From assembly GCA_964187785.1 (NCBI GenBank), contig OZ076412.1:70556001-70620000 (forward strand): a DNA stretch of 64,000 nt, written 5' to 3'. The notes beneath the pieces are model-generated. The model had not been told where the DNA came from. It saw nothing but the letters and a program-made list of their open reading frames with translations, and did no database searches. Shown here piece by piece: positions 48,130-60,233 of this stretch. The position numbers and the translations under genes were made by a program. The DNA comes from Amphiscolops sp. MND2022 (taxonomy: Eukaryota). Numbering within the stretch: position 1 is the stretch's first letter; every line of letters begins with the position of its first letter.

Positions 48130-51100
48130 TAATGAAGCCACGCCTTCAAACCACAACACCCCAAAAACAATGCTCAGCAGATGACTGGCAGCATCCGCCG
48201 AGCCCCAAACCTATAAAAATCACAACCTACAATCACAACTCGACAAACAAAAAAGACTCTCCGACTGCAAACACTCAAACTACACCACCTTCAAAAGAGG
48301 ATCTTTATGACTTACTCAAAGATGCCCCAGATAATTATCGACTACGATCCATGTTTGAACCTGAAACTGAAACCGAAACACAAAATCAGCAACCCACAAT
48401 CTCGCGACCTCAAGAAACACAAACTGACCAATTAAAAGTACAATCCACATCGACAACCCAAACTGACGATGACACTACATCGGAATTAACCAACACTCTC
48501 TTCAGTGCGTCTCCTGGAAAGCAACCCCTCCTTGATGCCGACGTTTTTAATTACCTCACAACAGACGAAGGTAATAACGTCGCATACCTAAAACTTTCCA
48601 CAAACCTTACCCTCGAAAGAAGCGTCATATGTACTATTTCCCAATTGATTTCGAGAATTTAACTCTGGATGGACTCATTGATACTGGCGCCCTTACAAGC
48701 GCCATTTCTGAAGAAGATCTCAACAAAATAAAACTCCTTTCAAACGAAGCCATAAAAGATACTGGTCCAGCACCCAATTTTCAAATCATGGTGGCAAATG
48801 GTCATTTTGAGCAACCCATCGGCACCGTCTTACTTCACTTTGAAGTAGCAGACTTCCAATTTCAAGAGAACTTCATTGTCATGAAGGTACTACCCAACCC
48901 ATTAATCGGCCTGTGTTTGTTACAAGGACACAATGCCATGTTTGACATTCGTCAAGGGATAATTACTTTCTTTTACCTGTCGATGCAACTACGACCAGAC
49001 CGCACAACAAATACCCGAACAACAACACCCCTCCTAACAGAAACTTCATTGACCCTACAACCTGGAGAAACCCTCGCAATCTCCAGCAAAATGCCACACC
49101 TGATAGATCACAATGCCACAGGTATTGTCACTCCGTCGTCACTAATGGAAGATCACGAAAGTATTTTCATTACATCTTCCCTATGTACGGTTAATAACAA
49201 TACAGTGGGCTAACAAGTGATCAATTTTTCGGATATGCCTTACACTCCTCCTATTGACACACACATGGCAGACTTCCGAGTTCTTACGCTCGAACAGATT
49301 AAACACATCAAACCTGTTAATCCATCAACCCTCACATTCATGATGCATCAATACATGGAATACACAGATCTATACCTCAACCAATTGATGAAAACAAATC
49401 AATCATCAGATGAACCAGAAACTTACTGGTTCCCAACGCCTGAGGAACCTGGGGATCCAGATACATACATTCCAATACAACAACGCATATTTGATGAACT
49501 ACTGGAATTCAAACAGCTAGAACCATTAAACCCAAACGACAACGATGAGTCAAGAATGAAATTTTTCAGTCACTTCGACTGGACAGACACTACCCTAAGC
49601 CCGTTCGACAAACAACACATAGAAGACATCCTGGTACAATATCACGACATCTTCGCAAGACATCGTTTCGATATAGGTACCAATAGAGAATTCAAGGTCA
49701 AACTGACTCCGAATGATGACAGACCAGCCTACAGTCAAAGTCTTCCTACACCCATCAACCTCAAGGTCGACATAACTGTTGAACTGGCCCTTCTTCATCG
49801 TTATGGAATCATCACGACCCTACCGTTCTCTAAATACGCAAGCCCTATTTTTCCTCAGAGAAAACCAAACGGACGCCTTCGACTTTTAGTGGATCTACGC
49901 AAAATCAACAACCTCATCACTCTGGACTACGTGAACAACAATCACCCAGTTAGCACTCTGTCAGATGCAGCACCGCATATGGCCGGCAAGAAACTTTTTT
50001 GCAAACTTGATTGCTCTCAAGCATATCACTGCTTGCAAATGGCAGACTACTAGTCCATACAGATGTTAGCCTTTAATTTCGCAAGTCGAACATTCGCATA
50101 TCGCCGCCTTGCACAAGGTCTCAGCCGATCACTGTCTGCTTTCTCATCCTTCATGAGAGAATATTTGGATAAGGCAATCAAAGCTGATCAGTGCGCTCAA
50201 TATGTCGATGACATTGGTATCGCTGCGAACGATTCTACCCAGCTTTGCATCAACATCAAAACAGTCTCTGAATGCATACGCAAAGCAGGACTCAAACTTA
50301 CGATGGCCAAATGCCACTTCGGAGTCAAACAAGTTGACTTCTTGGGTCGGACAATTACCCCAGAAGGAGTCTCTCCACAAACTGCAAAAGTCAAACAATT
50401 CCTTCAAAAACTCAAATTTCCGAAATCCAAAAAAGCACTCCACAGATATATTGGGTTTCTCAACTACTACAGAAACTACATCCTTCGCTTATCAGAAAAA
50501 CTAACCCCCTTTTTCAAATTGCTCAAACAAACATCACAATTCTCCATTCCGGATACAATTCTAGAGGCATTCAAAACTCTCAACCAGCAACTGGAACAAT
50601 CATGCAAACTTGCTCTCAAACAACCGATCAAAAACAAACAACTCATTTTAATGACCGACGCTAGCTTTACAGCGGCAGGATACGCCATCATGATTGAGGA
50701 TGATCCCGACCAAAAGCTCCAATCTAGAAGGAAAACCTACGCTCCAATAGCCTTTGGTTCAAAAACTTTTAATCCAACCCAATTGAATATGTCCATACAC
50801 GCAAAAGAGTTCCTAGCAATCTACTTTGCATTTTGTGAATTTGGACACTTAATGTGGGGCAGCGTTTTTCCTGATATCGTCTTCACAGATAACAGATCTG
50901 TAACTCGCTTTTTTCAAACCAAAATCAACCCTCCGGCTCTTTGGAATGCATGCGATTACGTCCTCCAATACAATTACGTCATTGCACATGTTGCCGGGGC
51001 CATGAATACGGCTGCAGATTGCCTATCGCGAGCTGAATCGAACCCCACAGAAAAACTTGAAATGAACATCCGCAATGATGTCAATACAAAAGCAATTGAA

Positions 51101-53116
51101 GTTAACATACAGTCCACTGGGGTCGCCGAAGAGGAACTCCTATACATACTTCCTGGAGAATCCCCCACGAAACAACAATTGTGGGAAGAAAAAGAAGCAA
51201 TTCGTCAATAAGCAAAAACTGAAACCCACAACGAACCGGAAAATGAAGTGTTCGAACTACAAACTTTCCACAAACCCACAGCGGGAACCATCAACTAAAG
51301 AGAGGGTCACTTCAAAGACAATGCAAAAATCCGCTTAGAACAAAACAATGATGAAGTCTTTGAAGACGCAGTTTGAGAGCCAAAATTGAAGGCAAACCCT
51401 ACGACGAAACATAATTCACACAAGACTACCAATACAAACATTATTTACAAAACATCACGAGGATTGAAATCAAGCAAGATGTCCCAACAAGAAGATACTA
51501 CAATGACGCTGGGATGATATCCCAATACCAAATTCTTCTACCTAAACAACTCCTAGATGAACTCCTTCATGCCCTTCATGGTCATAATGCAAATCATCAG
51601 GGAATAACTAAAATGATCCAAGAAGCACGACAAAAATACTACTACCCGTGCATCGCCAAATATATCCGGAATTGAGTGACAAAATGTCAAATGTGCATCC
51701 AAAACAAACGGATCAGCAATGACCTACTCAAAACGAAACTACTAAACTGCCCTGAATGGGATTCAGGCCCAGAAGACATCCTACAATTGGACATCTTTCC
51801 CAATCTCCCACCATGCGGAGGATATGACAATATCATCACTGAAATAGACGTGTTCTCACGCTATTTGTTTGCCTATCCAGTCACGAGAATCACTGCTCCA
51901 GCAGTTGCAAAAATGCTTATGGACATTTTGTGTAAACACACATATCTACCCACAACAATCATTACCGACATGGGCACCCAATTTAATTCTCAGGTTACAA
52001 AAGAAGTAGCCGCAGTCTTGAACATAGAACTGAAACATGAAACGACAAAACACGCCCAAACAATTGGACTCTTAGAACGTACTCATGCATCAGTCAAAGC
52101 GCACCTTAAGGCAGCCACTGGAGAATTTAGAAATAATTGGCACAAGTTTTTACCATTGGCGGTCTTAAACCATAATACAACCTACCATGCAACACTAGGA
52201 TGTGAACCTACACGGGTCTTCCATGGAAGAATTCCACACAATATATTAGATTTCAAACTTGGATACAACCCAAATCCTCGTTTCCAACCCCAAACTGAGG
52301 TAGCAGAGGAAGTACAAAGAAAGATTGCTTTACTTCATGATCAAACGAAGAAAAATATCATGCAATCTTACCTCAAATATAAAGCATATTACGACAGGAA
52401 AGTAAAGGCATCACCTCTAACGACAGAGGATTATTGCTTTATCCTGAATCCAAAGGCCGACACACAAGCCACGAAGATACCTCTCGTGAATTTCGTTGGG
52501 TTCTTCCCTAAAAAGTTGAAAGAGTCCTACCGAACAACAATTATATTGTTCGCAGATTGGGCACAAATAAAACCCAACTACTCCACCGCATTAGACTACG
52601 AAAATACACTCCACAAACTCCTCTCGCAGACAATTTTGTCAGAGAAACTGACTGGCAGAAAGAGGATACACTTGTCTCTCAAGATGATTTATACGCCCAT
52701 GCTTGAGACAGCAATTTTGGCAGCAGTCCATTTGATCCTGACCACGAAAACTGTGATCAACAGGAAAACACAGTGGAATATGAACCTACTTCTCAACCAA
52801 AAATATACCACCCTCCCGCCCTCAATAATTCAAAAAATAGTGGGGGATCCCAGCAGGACAACCTGCTGCGAACGACAAAGAACCTCAAATAACCAAAAAA
52901 ACTTCTTCAGAAAATGAAAATCATGAGCCCATCCCAGAAACTTCCAGAAATCCAGAAGATACTCAAGAAATCCCTTCCCAAAATTCCCCAGAAACTCCCG
53001 AAAATAACCCAGAAATAGATGCACAAGAAGCTGAAGAAACTGTCAACACAAGAGGCGAAAAAAATAACCTACGCCCAAACCCCAACCCAAACTACTCAGA
53101 CTCTTTTAGATACTAA
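48123..53116 (+). pseudogene. pol: Element F pol (protease, RT, RNase H, integrase), several stops and frameshifts
   Basis: LIDTGA, CAQYVDDIG, LMTDASF, EIDVFSRYLF, ITDMGTQF and IGLLERTH. C-terminal NLRPNPNPNYSDSFRY*. Confidence 0.95.
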
Positions 53117-53384
53117 AAAGACAATACAAGAGACGCAGAGACTTTATGTAAACACTACAGCCTCAACTGCCGTCGCTTCTTTAACTTTCAGTTTCAGTTT
53201 TTTCCCTTCAGCACAGAGACTGGAAAGTTTTATCTTTTGACTCCATTACGGGGGAAGAAACCAAATTAGGCAAATTAGCCAAAACAAAGTAGATACACAA
53301 ATATCCAAACAACAACAGAAATAAATACACTAAAATCAAAATCACATACAAAAGAGAATGAACAATATAACGTCAGAGTAGTCT

Positions 53385-56300
53385 TCACTTATCTTCAACA
53401 TTCTTCTTTCGGGCGACAAGTTTTTTAGAAGATCCTTGCTTCACCTCAGGCAGGAAAGGTATGTCGGTCACACGCCGAGTTACGGAAACAACAAGAGTAC
53501 CAAGAACAGGAGACTTTCGGGTGTTTTTAGCAGAATTGCCAGTAGCGCTGGGCCCAACTTGAATAGAAGTAGGTACAGCAAATTTAGGAGGAGACCGGAC
53601 GGATGTAGAGTCAGGTTTCTTGGGACTACTTTGAAGCGAAACCCAAAGCTTTTCTTCATCGGAAACAGTACATGTTTATCGTGAGTCCAGTTGGTTAGAC
53701 AGTCGTCGGCGCCGAGAAGAACATGAGAAAGTTATGTCCCAAACTCTGAAATTTTCATCCTCTAACAGACTCTGACCTCGTCCAAGTAAAGAGAAGACCG
53801 AGGACACAGTTCGTGGATTCGAATATAACTCAGACACACTAGGAACTCCAAATAAAGAGGACTGTACACTCCTTACACATGACTGGAACTCATTAATATC
53901 GGATTTCAAGTCCTCTAGAGCAAAAGTAAAGATGTGTGGAATGATAGGAGCAGCGGGGAGACACAGATTGAAAATGGAGAACAAATTTTCCCGGCAATGT
54001 AGTTCATAATAATTTGTTAAAAAGGTAATCCATTCGCCTTTGTAAGAAACATCATGCGATCTGAACTTCTCCACAAACGACCAGTATTCAGTCAGGATCA
54101 GCGGTTTAGCGGCATGGGATACCCATTTTTGCTGAACAAAGAAGTCACAAAGCATTTCGGATTCGTGAGTGTAATCCACCTCTTCCCAAAATCGAATAAG
54201 GGCTTCGTCGAAGATTGAAAAACCGCGAACAAGCTTTGACTTACAAAGTTTATGCTTCAAGAGAAGAATGCATACGTTCTTACAGAAACTTAGGGCTTGC
54301 TCCACAAAATGCGAGGGCGTCGGCAGATCACTTTCAGCAACCAGGTCGGCGAAGTCTTTGTTGCGTAAGAAGTCGGCTACAGTTTTGTAAGGCAAATTAG
54401 GGGACGAGAGATCAATAGTCAAGAAATGGTCCCAATTAGAAATGTCGCCCAAGAAGGAAACGGGGAGTATGGTCTGTAATTGACTGTAAACAAAGGTAGC
54501 AAAAGCACTGAAGACGCGGAAACCATCTGGGGGGTGATGGCCCGATCACTCCTTTGAAAGCTGAAGTATCTAAACAAGCAGAATATTGAGCACACTTAGA
54601 GTGATACGAATTATGAATGAAGAATAACAACTAACAGTGCAAGAGGACATTTCGGATCAAAAACAACTTGACCGCATACGTTTTGTCCTTGACGAATGTT
54701 TCATCTAGACTCTTTGGCTGAAGAAAACACATACTAAAAAATCGAACAACACGCGAGACGCAAAAATAATAATAAAAACAATAAATACCTCTTTCATGTG
54801 ATATTTGAATGCCTTCATTCGATCAGCAAGTCGAAGATGTGAGACAACATGGCTCCAATTACGATACAATTGCTCAAGGATTATGACTGATTCCTCATGA
54901 CTGTACTTGAGACTAGAAATTGCCTGAAACAACAAACAAAATCGGAAATTATGATGCATTATGCTGAATTCTGAATACAGTATAGGATGTCACACAGCAT
55001 ACATCAGTAATTATGCGGATTATGCGGTTTTCAGAAGGAAACAGCATAGAAGAACGAATTATGCGGTTTTCAGAAGAAAACAGCATAGAAGAATGATATA
55101 TGCGGTCTTCAGAAGAAAGCAGTATAGACGAATGAATAATGCGGTTTTCAGAAGAAAACAGCATAGAAGAATGAATTATGCGGTTTTCAGAAGAAAACAG
55201 CATAGAAGAATGAATTATGCGGTTTTCAGAAGAAAACAGCATAGAAGAATGAATTATGCGGTTTTCAGAAGAAAACGGCATAGAAGAATGAATTGTGCGG
55301 TTTTCAGAAGAAAACAGCATGGAAGAATGAATTATGCGGTTTCCACGAGGAAACAGCGCAAAAGAACGAATTATGCGGCTCCCAGGGAAGGACAGTACGA
55401 AGGAAAGAATTATGCAGTTTTCAGGAGAAAACAGCATAAAAGAACAAACCGTATCATCTATACCGTTTTCTGGAGAAAACGGCATAGGAGGATGTATCAC
55501 GAGACTTAGAAGAAAACAGCCTATATGATATAGTACCCGAAAGAAAACAGTAAAAAACACAAGGAATACGAAACCGAACTAAATAAAAATCAATGGTAGA
55601 ATTAGCTAGTGATTCGACTAATATTATGCAACATTATGCGGTTTTCGGAACACAGAATAGGAAGACTATGACTCAACGTAGACTACAACACAAAGCGCAA
55701 ACGTGGAAATTAGTACACCTAGAAAGAATAAAATTACGTTGGAATGAGGGACATCAAAACATTCCAAAAATTAAATGAAATTACCTTGCGGAGTTCAGGG
55801 AGATCGCTGAGCCACACAGAGCCAGTGGCTGATCGTAATTTCATCAAGAGGAATTGCAGCACGCTGTGATGGTCATAACGGTCAAGAATTTTGATAGCAG
55901 GACCAGCTAAGACTTTGCCCAAATCTTCGAAAGAAAACGTGGGTATTACACATACGTTTGGTGCCTGGACTAATTCTGCTGAAATGGTTTTCGTAGTGCG
56001 CCCGTCAAAACCCATGACTGAGTAAAGTGGGGGAACGGTCGGAAAGATGGCTAAGAAAGAACTGATCGTTTGAAGGATCTCTTTGGGCGAATTGAGGCTG
56101 TTTGTAAATTCAGCCAACAGAAACCGATTGAAGTCATTTCCGGACCAGAAGACCAGGATGAGCTGAGAATCGTATTGTTCCGTTCGAAGTTGTAGCGAAA
56201 ATTGTCCTGATTGGCCAATGGAAGTCGAAGAGTAAGAGAGCAGTGTGCGGAACATATGGACCAGAATACCCTGTAAATGTTAGAAGACAAACAGTTAAAA

Positions 56301-57720
56301 TGTAGACAGGAATATGTCAGAAGTTGTTTAGAATGACAGGAAAAGGAAATACTTACGAAAATGCGTGCAACACTCCAATCGTATTGGGGAACTTTGACAG
56401 GCCCGCGGACCTCGAGACTGAGATTGGACCAAAGTGAGGATAAGATGGTTGAGTCACCCCCTTGTTGTAGACCGGTTAACAAATCCGTATTTGAGAACAA
56501 ACTACAGACGATGGATCGAGTTCGTCAATTGCTACAGGAAACTTTCGTTGTCCTGGTAACAAGTAGCATTCTCCCAGTATTGGAATGATGGGGTACGCAA
56601 GCTCAGCTTTCTCTCGAGCCTCGACAAGGGCCGGACCTGTTAGCTCTTGCTCATCTTTCCCGAAAAGCGGCAACCCCGGAGTTTCCATCCTAATTCGTCG
56701 CTCGCGAACCAGGTGGGAGTCTATTCTGTAATGGGAAAGAATTTGCAAAGATCCTTTCGTTTTGAGGGATAACTCAATGTGGGCAGACTCTACAACGCCA
56801 CTTATGGGGATGATTCTCGGAAACAGCAGGCGCGGTCACAAAAAACTTAAAAACCGGATGCTTTTTGTACATGCTTCCAGTTAACTGAAGCCTTGGCCTG
56901 GGTCTATTTGATGCAGAAGCTTGGTCTCCCTGAGGATCATGAGGAGGTACTCGATCTCTCGCCCGTAATTGGCTCCTTTCTCGTCGCGATCTTCCCGGAG
57001 GAGGTGTAGGTTGATCTTCACTTACACTTGTTGGGGAAAACACAAGCGAAGAATCAAGATTTATCCCACTCGTTTCTGCCAAGGTGGTTGCCCCAGTGGT
57101 AACAGTGGGAGTCATCGAGAACTGTTCAAACAACCTTGAGCTAACTGCAGTCGTTACCTCAGAAACCAAAACTTGCATTCGTCGCTCAAGGGCGGCTAGA
57201 TCTGAACTGGTGACAAATTCATTTCCTGAGAACTGGGGAGGTATGGCTGATGTACTTGCGACTAAAGCGCTGAATGCAGCTACGTCGGGGTTGTTGTCCT
57301 GCGGTGGTTGGTAGATGAAATTTGAGAAGGATGAGAACGGAGTCCGCTCCGATGGAGTGTCAATGGCAGTAACGTCGACGTTTTGGGTCACATTAGGATC
57401 AGCTAGTTCATCCATTGGAGTTATGCTAGCTCTTGAGTCTGGCCTTGGATTCACATCAGGTAAATCAGCGACAGTGCCAGGATCACCGAGAAAACAAATT
57501 GCAGTTTCTGTGGGGACCGCACTAGTGTTGAGGCTCTTGTCAAAAGAATGTTTTATCCCATCAGCGTCGACGGAAGTTCCAGAACTCTCTTCGAAGGCGT
57601 AATTATGATCAGGAGTAGAATGATGCGGAGGAAGACCAAAAGGGAGCAACAAAGCCAAATCACCGGTAGCTGAAGTCGATTGAACTGGCAGATTAGATGC
57701 CGCGGTGTCTGAAACACAAC
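53385..57720 (-). pseudogene. Antisense multi-exon gene of element F: zinc finger plus degenerate hAT-like domain
   Basis: KWRCRVC...KTKG...ILSHY...H finger near 56700-56790. Introns 56356-56271, 55784-54924, 54788-54718 and a donor at 54635. The last exon includes ORF 53676-54452. The 5' end is uncertain. Confidence 0.82.
55018..55495. repeat. Minisatellite, 39-bp unit AATTATGCGGTTTTCAGAAGAAAACAGCATAGAAGAATG, about 11-12 copies
   Basis: Direct reading of the sequence. It lies inside predicted intron 2 of the F antisense gene. Confidence 0.95.
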
Positions 57721-59288
57721 CAAATCAAGAAATCAAGAATAGAGGACAGTTAGGAACGAAAACCAACTGTTAATACAATGAAAACCTGATCAACTTTCAC
57801 TTTAAAAAAACAGAACTAGTTCGACAAAATTGTTCATCAACTTGGACAAGAAATCCGGAAATAATTTTGTGAAAGTTGACGAGAATTGGAAATCTGTTCA
57901 ACATTTAAAACGGGATGTTAGAAAATGTCCGGTGATGACTGATTGAAATCTAATACTCAGATGCCTTCCCCTATTTCAATGAATCTGGAAGAATGTGATC
58001 TAGAAATACAAACCTTGTGTGGAGGGCTCGTCTCCTTTCTGTTCAGACATCCCGTTTCACTACTGGCGAAAGAAGAGTAGAAGCTCGGAAAAGGATGAAA
58101 TCGTACTGGAATAATAATTGAGGAAAGGAGCAAGACAAAATGCGAGCAGGCTGTGTAAACCAAGACGAAGAAGCGAATAATGATTTGCTGGTAGAAACAA
58201 TGAAGAAGGCTCAAAATCCTGAGGAAGAGAAGAAAAGACAATGTCTAAATCTGAAAACTATAATGTAGAGAGGTAAACTCGAATTAAAGAAGATCTGAAA
58301 ACTGATAAAAGAAGTGTGGAAGTGAAGCTGTAGGACTATCTCGACTACAAGATTAGGACGATTAAAAGACTGTGAAAACAAAAGGAATTGAAAGATTTTC
58401 AATGCAAAGATTGAAGGCAGAAGGCGTGACTATTAGCGTGAAAGGCAAGAAAGCAAATGGACGACGTCAGTATTGTCGTTTTCAGCGTATCTCAAACTTG
58501 ATTGGCTAAGAAGGATGTACGTAGTTTGGACAGCTCTGCCAGCGTACACCAATCGTTCAGCGCAACTAAGAACGCCAATGCATAATCACACGACGTTGGG
58601 AGCGCTTCGGAGCAGCATAACTATGCAAAATCTTATGCTGAAAACTTACTAGAGCAGTATGACGCGATTATGCGGAATTGAGTGAAAAACAGCATAATGA
58701 ATTTATGGTGATAGCAAAGAACTATGATGCATTATGATGTTTTCAGTGAGAAGTATATGATGTAAATTACTACTAATACTGCCTCTTCATATGTTATGAG
58801 GTGTTAAATGAATGAATGAAAATTTACACTTCGAAAGGAGTGATTCATGCAACGAAGCGTGAAAACTTTCACTTTGATAAACCTGAATGAACCTATGATA
58901 TATTTAATTATGAGCAATTAAAATTATTCAGACAGAATAAGAAGACGACAATTGAAACATAAAAGAAAATGAAAAGAAAATTTCAGGATCTGATGATTGT
59001 TTATATGACAATAACAATTTTACCGGTGCTATTCCCCCGATATCTCATGATAAATTACCTGAAAACCCGGGAAATGGGTAATTCGAGATATGTTTTGATG
59101 CTATTTGTAAGAAAACCTCTGTAACCCAATAAAAACTATAAGATCTTATCATTCTGATCATAAATCTTCAAAAACTAGCCGCTTATTTTTCCTCCCTCTC
59201 TTTGACAAATTCCTTGAGAAATTTATAATCATATTGTGTTAAATCTTCTTGAAACTTGACTGGAATTAAATAAACTCATAGTCTGACA

Positions 59289-60233
59289 ATGGAGAGCACA
59301 CCACGAAACTCGATCCTTAATAGAACAGATTCAATGAACCCTGTATTGGACCTGATCAACATCTCAAGTAGTTCGGGGGAAGAATTCATGGTGGAGCCCC
59401 TCTCAGTGAACGATCGCGATGAAAGATTTAGATCTGCCCCATACCCTCTGACATACATGTCCACAGCCTTTATGGGGGCAGCAGGAGCAGTGTTATTCCC
59501 TAACAGTACCGATCCACAAGCAGGAGAAGGTCAACAAATTGGTACTAGAAACTCTCGTATCGAAAATGAACTGATGGACCTCATGGATGACGTATCTAAT
59601 ATATCCTCCCTGACCTTCATCGGATCATCAGAAGAAGAAGACAATCCGTTCCTTGGTGCCAATTTCGCTAATGTAGATCAGGCTGAAAGAAACAGCTATG
59701 GTCGACCAGTCCAAAGGGTACAACCTATGGTTAGAACCCCAAGAGTAACAAGAGCAACAGTGAACCCGCTCGTACCAAGTAGCAGAAGCGCTTTCTCAGT
59801 GGTAATACCGGAACAAAGAAGGGCTCCAGAAATACAAACACACCCACCTATGCAAGCTAATTACTTGCCTATGCCCATTCCATTTTACCCCAATAATTGG
59901 AAGAATATTACACATCCTCAACAAAACTTTCACGGTCAAGCTCAATTTCAACATCAGTTGCCGCCTAACGGGCTTATATTGCAGATGAACCCCTCAGTAA
60001 AGCCCGAAGTGGCCGGGTTTTGTGCTGGCTGTTCCAAAACTTATGACCAAATTGCTGTCGAGACGCTCACACACTATGTTGCGTGGTCCGAATATCCAGA
60101 CGAAACAATTTGCGATCGCAATGTGAGGTCAAGAGCATTTGTTGATGGGTTTGGAGCAGCGCTGATCGTCTTCAAAAATGCTGGACTGTCGCCGGCTCAC
60201 CCGTGTGAGATGTCCGGAGTGCCACATCGATGA
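59289..60233 (+). CDS. Sense accessory ORF-S of element F (314 aa, intact), stop inside the 3' LTR
   Basis: ATG-to-stop open. C-terminal GFCAGCSKT...E.LTHY...AFVDGFGA is homologous to ORF-S of A and E. Confidence 0.8.
   Translation: MESTPRNSILNRTDSMNPVLDLINISSSSGEEFMVEPLSVNDRDERFRSAPYPLTYMSTAFMGAAGAVLFPNSTDPQAGEGQQIGTRNSRIENELMDLMDDVSNISSLTFIGSSEEEDNPFLGANFANVDQAERNSYGRPVQRVQPMVRTPRVTRATVNPLVPSSRSAFSVVIPEQRRAPEIQTHPPMQANYLPMPIPFYPNNWKNITHPQQNFHGQAQFQHQLPPNGLILQMNPSVKPEVAGFCAGCSKTYDQIAVETLTHYVAWSEYPDETICDRNVRSRAFVDGFGAALIVFKNAGLSPAHPCEMSGVPHR

Larger units (their letters stand above)
46598..48132 (+). pseudogene. gag: Element F gag, starting in the 5' LTR (MGNKRNRRSRR...), with stops and frameshifts
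   Basis: ORFs 46544, 47050, 47669 and 47920. TFNGKLDKNEKFEYFEDLFHTTLKMQP and knuckle CYHCNTPGHEEPNC. Confidence 0.9.

Noticed and set aside
55018-55495. Possible CRISPR array
   Set aside because: The units are contiguous with no unique spacers, the context is eukaryotic, and there are no cas genes.
54949-55560. ORFs of 203 and 182 aa with 13-aa repeats
   Set aside because: They are by-products of a stop-free 39-bp minisatellite lying in a predicted intron.
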